Shown here: positions 1-10,900 of the stretch, piece after piece
Layout of the letters: each line of letters starts with the position of its first letter
Position numbering within the stretch: position 1 is the stretch's first letter
Assembly: GCA_002245135.1 (NCBI GenBank)
Contig: NGBS01000592.1
Location: 1-64,000, forward strand
Source of the DNA: Proteromonas lacertae
Lineage: Eukaryota
Length of the DNA stretch: 64,000 nt
Direction: 5' to 3'
Made by a program: the position numbers and the translations under genes
Notes under the pieces: generated by a model
Databases searched by the model: none
What the model was told of the DNA's origin: nothing
Seen by the model: only the letters and a program-made list of their open reading frames with translations

Positions 1-367
1 AAATATATAATAAACTTTATCATATGTAAGACATGAGACGATATCACTCAATTCACCAATATATTTAATATTATTTAATATTCTATTAGTACATATTCTA
101 ACTAAGAATATTATAAAATATTATAAAAAAATTCCATCTGGTTATTATGATAATCGAAAAAATATAATGAAATTCTTAATTTTTTCACCCCCTTAATTGT
201 GCAATTTTTCTATTTTTAAAACATTTACTAATTCTTTTTATGCTAAAGTAGTCATAAAATATTTAATAATATATTCTGCAATATTATAGACTGATACTTT
301 AAGATTTTATAAAAAAGATACATTAAATATCGAATTTCTATAATTTTGACTTTAATATAATTTTATA

Positions 368-678
368 ATATATTTATAAAGCTGAACAATATTGTAATTC
401 ATTCATATAAATGAAATGAATGTAAGTCTTCTAAAAGCCATATGGGAGATGAATGAAATTGGAGTCCCCATATGGCGGAATCGATTTTTAACTACATTAT
501 CTATATTGAAATGAAACAAAATTATTATAATTCAAATGCTTATTAAGTGATTTACATTTATATATAATCACATGTAATGAATATCAAAATTTCAAAAATT
601 TTCTTAATCGATTAAGTCAAAATTACATAATTTCATATTTTATTATATATTTATAAAGCTGAACAATATTGTAATTCA
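368..678. repeat. 34-bp perfect direct repeat (368-401 and 645-678)
   Basis: ATATATTTATAAAGCTGAACAATATTGTAATTCA occurs twice, 277 bp apart, on either side of the GC-rich motif. Confidence 0.85.
437..480. repeat. Left terminal/subterminal inverted-repeat motifs of the element
   Basis: GCCATATGGGA (437-447) and TCCCCATATGGCGGAA (465-480) form a local inverted pair; the second matches the right-end repeat in inverted orientation. Confidence 0.6.
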
Positions 679-795
679 AATTATACATAGTTTTAAATTA
701 TGCAGTTGCTTTTTATTTATACTCAAAAATTAAAAAATTAATAGAATATAAGAAATATAGTGTTTATAATAGTAATAGAAGTAATAATGAGTGCA

Positions 796-1350
796 TTAAT
801 TCTTGTAATAAGTTGGTCTTTTACTTGCATAGAAATACATCTTTGCCTTTTCATTATCATCTAAATTCTGTAATCCTTTCTTAATATCTTTGATAAAATA
901 GTCAATATTAAATGATTCAATGTTTGGGATCTTTTCAATATCCAAGAAGTTGATTCTCGCAGCTAAGAAAAATAACACATAATAACCACAACTGTTGTCC
1001 TTACCTTGCATCAACTTGGATTCATGATACTTCACTTTAAGTTCATAATCTTCACTGTTCATTACAAATATTGATGAGATTGTATTAACTATTTCACTTC
1101 TTTCTTTATTATTATTTCTAAAATAACCCATTGAATCATAAACTGTAATTTTGATGTATCTGTTTATTATATAATCTGCTTCAAACAACGTCCAATGTAA
1201 ATCTTTAACAACTGGAAAAAAATATATTCCATTTATGTTGATTTTGATTTTGGCTTTGTCTTGATAATAAAATAGTAATGGATCTACAACATGATCATTA
1301 TTACTATTCATAAAATGTAGGAGAATCTTGAATTGGTCATCATCCAACAT
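796..1350 (-). CDS. Ulp1/SENP-like (clan CE) cysteine protease domain at the C-terminus of the transposase polyprotein
   Basis: FFPV..LHWTL, ITVYDSMG and MQGKDNSCGYYVL give the catalytic H, D, Q and C in family order. Removing one T of 1357-1359 joins it to ORF 1340-1990. Confidence 0.8.
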   Translation of the reverse strand: MLDDDQFKILLHFMNSNNDHVVDPLLFYYQDKAKIKININGIYFFPVVKDLHWTLFEADYIINRYIKITVYDSMGYFRNNNKERSEIVNTISSIFVMNSEDYELKVKYHESKLMQGKDNSCGYYVLFFLAARINFLDIEKIPNIESFNIDYFIKDIKKGLQNLDDNEKAKMYFYASKRPTYYKN

Positions 1351-3185
1351 TGTATCTTTCTAAAACATCCTTTATATCATTTACTTTTCTAATAAAATAA
1401 TCCTTTTCTGTTCCATAATATCTTACTCCTTCATCGTTATATTGATAGTTGAGTCTAACTTTATCCAAAAAATTTAATGAATTGTATTGAACTTCATCGT
1501 ACAAGATGTTTTGATCATTGGCATTATCTTCTTTAATCGGCATAACTTCTATATATGCTAACTCTATAATTCTGGAATGATTGTTAACCAAGGTTTTTAA
1601 ATAATCTTTGAAAAGTATTTCCATTAATGCGTTGTCTATAAATCCAAATTGAGTTTTTTTAATACTTGCCATGAAAGTAATTAATGCTATTATTTCTGTT
1701 GCTTGTGGATGGGTTACTTCGATGACATCATACATTACTTTATAATCATTTCCATCTGTACTTGTAACATGAGTAGATAATTTCTTTAAATCTTCATCAT
1801 AGTTACCTTCGCCTGATGGATCTATGATATTAACTGGTTTGTTTTTATTGTTAACAACCATAGTGTAATAAATGCCATTGGATTTGATTAAAAACTTTTC
1901 AAACTTTCCATCATGTAAATAATTATTATCATAATCTTTATAAATATTATTTATAATAATATAATTATAATAAATATTGTAAATCTTCAAGATCCAATTG
2001 TTCTTTACCTATTCTATTCATCAATTCTATTACATATTTTATTTTCTTTTCATCAACTTGATTTTGTTCAATATTATCATTGCAAGGAATAGCTATTGTT
2101 TCATAAACAGCATTAAGCTTAGGATTTCTTACAATGTCGTGTATTCTTTCAATATCAGATTCTGAACAATATTTATTCTTCTTTTGTGGAGTATTATCGA
2201 TCTATATTATATTGTATATATATTTATATGTACATATATTTTAGCTGGCTTTTCTTTTAGTAACAGCATTTACTTCCTCTGTGAGTTGTATTTTATGTAC
2301 AGGCGTTGATGGTCTTATTCTAATAGTTTTATAATCATCAGTTCTATATATACATATATATATATAATAATAATATACATTATATATAACTTTTCTTCTT
2401 CGCCTTCTTATCCTGTTTAACTATTGCAAACTTGTTTCTATCTTGATAATTCTTTCTATTTTCAGAATATACAACAACATCTCCCTCTTTAAGAGCTATT
2501 TCTTTTCCTTTTAATTTCTTTTTGGAAACATTTACCATATTATTATTATATTTATATTGTCTAGTTTTCATTTCATCATATATTTGATTTGCTGCTTTGA
2601 AGTGCTTTGTTACATTAGCAATAAACTCATTACTTTCAGTTTCCTCTTCTGTCGATTCTTCTTCATCATTATCTTCATTAGTTTCATTAATAATATCTAC
2701 TATTTCATCTTCATAGACCTTTTTATTTTTTGTAAACTTCTTATCTTTTACTGATTTCAACTCTTTAATTTCATGGTTATTTATCTTTTCATTCTTCGCT
2801 ATTGTCTCTTTCTCATTTTCTCAATATCTAAAAGTGTTTCATCTATACTTTTATCATCATTTATATTCTCAACTATGTCTTCTTCTAAACTATTATTATC
2901 TAAATTATCATCTTTATCATTTTATCTTTCTTCCTTGCTATTTCTTTTTTAAACTTTTTCTCGTTCTTTTTGTAATTATCATCTTCTCTTTCTTTTTCTT
3001 CATTTCATTGTTATCTATATCATCTTTATCTTCATAATCGAAGTATAATTCATCAAGTTCATTATCAGTATCATCAATATAATCACAAAACATCATCATC
3101 CATATATAATTATCATCATCATAATCTTCTTCTACTATTCCTTCAAGTTTAAACTTTGGATTCTGTTTCATTATCTCATTAACAC

Positions 3186-4090
3186 TCATAAAAAATAATG
3201 ATCTAGCTTACATCTTGTTCTTCTACATTTTGATGAGTTTATTCTTTCAATTGTTCTTTCTATAAAATTTATCCAATAAACTTTTGGTTCAATATTGTGA
3301 TAACTTGTAATTGTTTCTTTGACTAATCTATTCATTCTTTCAACTTTACCATTGCATTGCGGATGTCTTGGAGAGCTGTGGACTTCTTTAATATTGTACT
3401 TTTCTAATAAATCCTTCATCATTTTGTTCTTAAACTCTGCACCATTATCAGATTGAATTATTCTTGGAGGACCGAAGATTCTAATATAGGACTGGACATT
3501 TCTTCACTGTTTCTCTATCTGTTTTCGTCTTTTGTGGGTAAAGCATTGTAAAATTTGAATAATGATCTATCATTGTCAATATATAATTGTATTTACCTCT
3601 TTTTTTATGTGGATTAAATGCTGTCATTTCAATTAAATCAATTACCACACGATCTTTAGGATAATGAGATATAATCGGCTTTACTGGTTTCTGTAATGTT
3701 ATTTTCTTTGTTTCTTTGCATCCATTGCATAATTTAACATATATTTCTACAACTTCTCTTGTTATTCCATATAAATTCATTTCTTGAATCTTATCAAAGA
3801 GAGGATCAGATTTAAGATGAGCAAACTCCAAATGTAATTTCTCAATAAGTGTAAAAGCTTTATCAATTGTTATGATCTCTTTTCCTTTGTATGTAAGTTT
3901 ACCATCAGTTTCATTGAATTCAAAACCTTTATGCTTGTAGTCTCTAATACATTTTATGTATTCGTCAAATTTCTTTTGTGTAAAAATAGAAGAACGTTTC
4001 TTATTTTTCACTAATTCTTCAATACTCTCAAAAAAGATTGCTTTATGATTATATTCAAGAGTATCTCTAATATCGTGCTTATCAGATAAC
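3186..4090 (-). CDS. Retroviral-type DD35E integrase/transposase core (SCAND3/KRBA2/Ginger-like), frameshifted in this sequence
   Basis: HHCC finger HLEFAH...CNGC and RVVIDLIEM. After removing one base at 3499-3501 it reads FGPPRIIQSDNGAEFKN...SSPRHPQCNGKVERMNR, with exactly 35 residues between D and E. Confidence 0.9.
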
Positions 4091-4182
4091 CTATATGAAA
4101 GATAAATTAGCTATATATTATGTATAAAATAGATTATATAAATAGATAGTATATATTATATTATATATAGATAATAAAACAG

Positions 4183-7010
4183 TCATATATATGGTGTTTT
4201 TAATTTGTGTTTTTGATTCTTGTTTTTGATTGTATCTGTAAAAAACCAAACACCAATACAAAAAACAAATGGTAACAAATTTAACCATGATAATAATTGA
4301 TTAGAATAATTCATTTGATTAGTATTATTATACCAAACCAAACTTAATTCACTATTTGATGTTGATACTATATCTTCCATTTTATAGTTTATCATTGGAA
4401 CTTGGTCAGCCGTTCTTTTATACCTAAATTAGAACCAATCCAAGAGATTATTGGATATTTTGTTGGAAAAGAAATTCCTGTATGAAATATATTCTTAATA
4501 ACTTAATAACTGATCTTTTACTTCTAACATCTTCAGTAGATAGAATAAACCACTTTCACTTTCTACTTCATTTAAATATTCGATTGTTGATAAATAACTT
4601 GATACTAAATCTACTCCACGATAAGCAAATAATCCAGTACTTGGAAATAGTAATATTAAAGATATTATTATTCGATTTAAATGAATCTCATTGAAATTGC
4701 TTTGATAAGTATCACTATTCCATTTTTTATATAATATCACTTTCTCTTCGATTTTACCATCTACACTTGTTAATAAATACATTGGGAAGTTTATGCAATT
4801 ATCAAAACCAATTGAAATATCTCCAAAAGATGTAAATATTGAACTTGATTGAAGAAATTCTAATAAGTTGATTGAATTTATATCAGATTTTATATATTCG
4901 ATTGTTGCTATTCCAACAGATTCACTTTCTGATAATATACTTTCATTTCCAAATATTAACATTCTTATTTTACTAATTAAACTATCATCATATGTATAAC
5001 ACATACTTTCACAATGATGTCATATCTTTTTCGATATTTCTTATCTACTTTCTTAAAATTCTCTATCTTTCTGGAGATTATTCGATATTTTGAAGAGATT
5101 TCTTAGCTATTCTCATATGCTAAACAGTTTCTCATACATTATATTACTTGCTTCAGTTTCTAATAAATTAAAGATTAAACCACCATCATTTATATATTTT
5201 CTAACTGAAGCCATTGCTGCTTGAACTGCTGATATAATGTCATTAATATCTGTTTCATTCACTTTATATTCTTTAGATATTGTTGCTCCTAATGCATTAA
5301 TTGAACTAGTTAATAAATCATAATCTGAAGCATATTCAAAACCTTTTGGATAGATTAAGATTATTTTGGATATTGATTTAGATAGCAAATATTCTACTAT
5401 TGGCAAGACTCTTCGAGATGGAGAAGTAGAAGAATGAATTCTATTCAATATAGAATAATAATAATAACAATAATAATATATTTATACATTTTATCATCAC
5501 ATGTATTTGAATCTTCTTTTCTTATTGAAAATATGGTCACATTATTCTCTTCTATCTCATTCTTATGATTTTCAATTATATTTCTATTACAATTACTGAT
5601 TATTATCTCATATTCTGTGTTATTCACCATCTCACTTAATTCTTCATCATTATTCATACAATAAAGAATTGATAATTGAATTGAATTACCTCTAAAGCCA
5701 TCATTTGAATTTATATAAATCTCATATTGCTTCATAATATAATAAATTCGAACATCATTATCTTCTTCATTTAGCCAAATACCTATTCGTTTGTTTGAAC
5801 TTTTTATTAACTCATCACTTATTGTATAATCGTTTTTATATTCAGTTTCATCTTTACCTATCGGATTGATTGAATCGACATATATTTTGATTATTGAATA
5901 ACCAATTGACATTGTAGATGTTAAAATTAGTTAATCAATATATAACTTCAACGATTCTTTTAACGATTTACTACTTTCACTTTCATAACTGTTCAAATAA
6001 CTATTGATTATTATCTCATCTAAACTGAAACTCAATACTGGATAATCCACACTATTCATTGTTATTACACTAATTATTAAACAACTTCCTTGACAATTTG
6101 TATTGATTTGAGATACTACATCGTAAGCAGCTGTGCAGCTTATATCTTTCATTTCATAACTTCCTTTATATACTAAATTTCTTTCATTTGTTATAAAGGA
6201 AGTGATTATCTCATAACTTTTCATTAAGTTTTGATAACTTCGACTAAGTAAACTGTATGTCATCGCATTACTGTATAATATATTACCATTACAATTATCA
6301 CCATTTACACTTCCCAAATGAAGAAATGAAACTTCAATTATTTCTTTTACTACCATCTCACTACTTCCATCTATATAAGCAAGTTTTATATTCTCTATTA
6401 TTCGATGATTTGATAATAAAGACATTGAGAAATTACTAATAAATCGAATATGTTATTGCTCCTGGAGCAGCTTCTGTTGGGGTGCTGCTGTAGCTGTAGT
6501 GGTTGGAACTGATGGATCTACTATTCCTGTTGAAGGACTATCAAAATCAGCTATTATCTCATCTAATTTAACAAACAGCATATTAGATCATATTACTCTC
6601 TCCACTTCTTGAAACATATCATTTGAATTAATTGTATGAAGATAATCAAATCTTTTTATGACTTTTTCATCTTTCACACTGTAATAGATTATTGCTTTTT
6701 CTTTTATGTTTCTTAATTTAACGAACAAACCAGCAATTTCATAATCTTGTGGATCTTCTTTTATAAACTAGTAAGACATATCATTTCCATAATACTTTAA
6801 AAAATCATATAACTAGTGTATGCACTCTTTATCAAACTCATTATTGTAACCTAGAATTATATTCTGCTTATAACGATGTTTAAAATGACTCATCACAAAA
6901 AATCAAGTGTAATAAGTATAAAAACCATATACAACATTTGATAAACAAGTACTGTAAGGATGATTGTTATATTAAATCTAAAATCAGGTAATAAATATAT
7001 TAATATGATT
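4183..7010 (-). pseudogene. Decayed membrane receptor-like gene with repeated periplasmic-binding-protein (UrtA/AmiC-like) domains, carried as transposon cargo
   Basis: ORF pieces such as NCNGNILYSNA, HSSTSPSRRVLPIVEYLL..KIILIY and GGLIFNLL resemble UrtA-type solute-binding domains. There is a P/T/A linker near 6460-6540, a TM-like segment at 4240-4300, in-frame TAG/TGA stops, frameshifts, and a retained intron near 5442-5487. Confidence 0.5.
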
Positions 7011-7770
7011 ACATGAGTATATAATTTATAATATAATAATAATATATAAGAATAATATATAAATAATATATATAGCACTTACATTTTCAAAATTAAATTC
7101 AAATATCAAAGGAAACGGATATATTTTTAAATGACTGTATAGGATGACTTTAGAATAGAATTAACTTAAATTTATAATCAACTAATAATGGTTCTTATCC
7201 AATATGAGTAAATGAAATATGCAGTAGTCTCATATTTAAGTAATTAGTAAATAGAAGCAGTTAACTAAAATAAGCTATATAAAATAAATAATTATAAATT
7301 GTTTAATAAACATTTCATTTATAAATTATAAAATATATGAACATTAGCTATTTAGGTAGATTTAATTGTATTTTAGTTTCTATGTATATCAAATGGTAAA
7401 TTGTTCATTATTAATTCTAATATTTATAGTAAAGTAATTTAAAAAACACTATATAATAAGAAAAATCAAGAAAAACATTTCAAAAGTTTGATAGAAAACT
7501 CGAGACAGAAATGACGTCAGAAGGGGTCAAATTCTTAAATCCTGAATAACTGATAATTTTCATTTTGAGTGTATATATATAAAATAATATTATATTCATA
7601 ATCTACATGAATTTTGTAGTCTATCTAGATAGGTTTCATGTCATATTAAGACATTTTTTCGTTGCCTAAAATAGTTGTTTATATGGGTCGAAACCTATAT
7701 ATTCTAAAATAACTAACTCCGATCATCATGAATATCATATTAGTTTTGATTGAATCATTCTGCAATATAG

Positions 7771-7808
7771 ATTTCCGCCATACGGGGATTTCCGCCATAC
7801 GGGGAACA
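7771..7808. repeat. Right terminal repeat: two copies of 17-bp ATTTCCGCCATACGGGG followed by AACA
   Basis: Perfect tandem at 7771-7787 and 7788-7804, strikingly GC-rich against the background. Confidence 0.85.
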
Positions 7809-7968
7809 ACAAATTAGTGGCTAATAAAATAATGTTCTATAATTGTGTTTTAGCATTGGTTTTTATCTCTCTTATTCGTAAAATAACTCAGCTATGAATA
7901 AGTTTATTACAAAAATAATATTATGGGAAAATACAATAAAACCATCACAAAAAGAAAAATGAATTAAA

Positions 7969-10900
7969 TCATTGACTTGCACCAGTTGTATTCTGAATAT
8001 TGTTTTCTTTATCATAACATTTTATGAATTTCTCTACTATTTTCCTATTACAATTATCAATATTGCACTTATATTCATCATTCAACACATTAATTAAATT
8101 TGTCATATCTTTATTACATTCACCTATAATGCTATTAGAATTAACTATGTTTCTAAATTGATTATAATTTTTAAGACAATTCACCAAAGAGTTTACTATT
8201 CAAATTATATATGATTAATATACAATCATCTGCATATTTCAATTGAGATTGTAATGATGATAAGATATTTTTGTTCAGGGAATCAAATAATTTGGAGGAA
8301 TTATAGTTTTCATGAACATATGTGTATAATGATATTAGTTTATAAAAATCATTATGTTTATTCAGAAATATTATTGTCATGAATAAATATTTGAATAACA
8401 CTCTTTGATATTTCTTTTGATGATAATCTAATTTATCTAACAAATTGTTGGTATTATCATATCTATATATCTTAAATTCAGAGGTTTTTTTCTTTTTTGA
8501 TGATAATAATGAAGTTGCATAGTTATAAAATTCATTTTCAAGTAGTGAATATTTTGGATATACTTGAATTAGATATTTCCATAATTTTGGTAAAAAATCC
8601 ATTAACAAATAAGTAGTTCTAGAGTTATATTGATTTAATTGTAATGTATATTTCATTATACCAAAACAATTTACCAATAATCGATAGATATGCCAATACA
8701 CTTTTGATTTATTCAACTCACAATTTTTACAGTATAAATTAGATATTGTATTTGAAGAAACATTATTACTGTCATCATAATAGCATTCTAAATGATATAT
8801 AACTCCACATAATTTACATCTTATATAAGACTGTTGTGTGAATATCTTTTCACATTCTAAACATATTGAATTATTCACTATCACTTTATTTGCTGAATTG
8901 GTTAGTTTGTAATTTGGTAGTAACTCCAATGATTTTGAGAAATTCTCATCCAATGAATTTATTCTAGTAATATCATCGATTTTCATTCTCTCTAAATAGT
9001 TTGATACAATTTTTAATCCACAACTTGAAAGGAAGTAAAGAATATAACTTAAATCTCTATCTCTTTCTTTATTATCAATATTTGAGATATTCTTTTCAAA
9101 TGATTTTAAACATTTGTAATATTGTTTATACAACTCCAAATAATTATCCTTATACTTTAGTCTTTTATTGCATTTCACTATAAACAATAATAAATCCCAA
9201 CTTGGAGTAGAATTACTGTGCAGTTTTTGAGCAATTGTGAAACATTCTAATGATTTTGTGAAATAAATATTTCTCTATAGAAAAAGAATATTATTATGAT
9301 TATATATATGTATATACATCAATTTCACTATCTAATATATCAAATGATTTTAAAGCTACACAATAATTGAAAAATCCAGCTGATAAGAAATGATTTATTT
9401 TTAACTCAACACTATCATACTTTGGAAAAATCAAATTGGTTTGAGTAAAACAATAAGAAGAATGATTAAAATAAAACTCAATTGCTTTTTTGATATTTGT
9501 ACTTTCTTCTACAGCTAGATTATAACCATCTAAATAAGGTGTATGGTTAGATTTATAAAATTCTGAAGGAATATACAAATTTGATTCAAAATTGACACAA
9601 TAATAAAAAAGCTCGATATAGGCTTGAGTCAATTTATACCATATAATGAAGTTATTTGTGTTGAATGTAAGTATTTCCAAGTATAATCTAATTACTACTC
9701 TAATATCATTAACATACTTATATTCTACTTCTTTTTCACTATTACCACTGTTGTTATTAATGGTTTTATAACTACTAAATTTTGGTATTGAAGAGTTGGT
9801 AATTTCGTCAATTTTCTGAGGAAGAGATGTAATATATTGATTAAATAACAATGTATTATTATTATTATTGCTATTATCATTACTAAATAACAAACTGGAG
9901 ATTGAGATTATTTCATTTTCAGCTTCATTTTGATTCTTCATTTTTATTTCATTTATATTACTACTATCAATTCTTTCACAATTCATAATATATTTTGCAA
10001 CAATTAAATTGTTATTATTTATTACAGAATCATGTGGGTATACATTATATAAAGATTTGTATATCATTTTAATATCATTCTTTGTGTAATTTCCGATTTT
10101 TATCATATCATCTATGAATGGATATATAAATACAGCAATTGGATAACTGATTTTACATATTCTTATTTCATCCAATGAGACTCTCATAAACACTTTCCAC
10201 TGGAACAAACAATCAAATAATTGTAATATGCATAGCTTTTCTGATTTAGTATATTGACTAATATCTTTATTATTATACTTCTTTTGTTTAAATATATAAT
10301 CTAAACTTATAACATTGAAAATATAATTGTGTTTATAACAATATTTCATATCATGTATAATGTTATGTAATGAAATAATGGTGTTTGAAATGTCTTTATT
10401 ATCACCATTTCCTTCATTATTATTACCTTTTATTATTATAAGATTGTAATAGCATATATAAACCAGTAAAATTAACAATACATTATTAGAAATAGTTACA
10501 TTCAATTCATTAAAATGAATTGAATAGTATAAAGCATATAACAATATAGACTTCTTTGATACACTATTTTCATTATTATTTTCACAGTAAATACCATTAT
10601 CCAACATATAATGAAGAAATGTTGATGAAATATGAGAAATTAAAGTAATTGAAGAGATTTTATTCATCAAATATATAAATGCCTATTCAAATAATAAAAT
10701 AATCAATCAAATAGATACATCAAACAGGTTGCTTCTTGTTTTATTGATATTGAAATAACTAAACAGCAAATCAAATAATCTGGTAAATAATTTCTCATTT
10801 TGATCTTTTTCATCACTTTCATCATTATTTATATTTGTTAAATTGTCAATTATATTAATTAATAATATTATTATCTTATCATTATTCAACTTATTCCACA

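Larger units (their letters stand above)
462..7808 (-). mobile_element. Ginger/Tdd-like (retroviral-type DDE integrase) DNA transposon, about 7.3 kb, carrying a captured host gene
   Basis: rve integrase and Ulp1-like protease ORFs are present with no RT, RNase H or gag. Motif CCCCATATGGCGGAA (466-480) matches the reverse complement of 7773-7787 and 7790-7804 at 14/15. The right end reads ...GGGGAACA (5'-TGTT on the minus strand). The left boundary is degenerate and no TSD was found. Confidence 0.62.

Noticed and set aside
796..4090. Polinton/Maverick or LTR retrotransposon
   Set aside because: No pPolB, packaging ATPase, capsid, RT, RNase H or LTRs are visible, and the protease is fused to the integrase gene.
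6760..6820. Two in-frame TAG codons suggesting TAG-to-Gln reassignment
   Set aside because: RPS26, RPL36A and Tctex1 end at TAG in the expected places, and this region has other lesions, so it is pseudogene decay.
7771..7804. CRISPR-like repeat
   Set aside because: Only two adjacent copies with no spacer, in a eukaryotic context; better explained as a transposon end.
8171..8223. Apparent frameshifts at 8171-8187, 16188-16250 and 41803-41864
   Set aside because: Each is resolved by a canonical 25-29 nt GT-AG intron.
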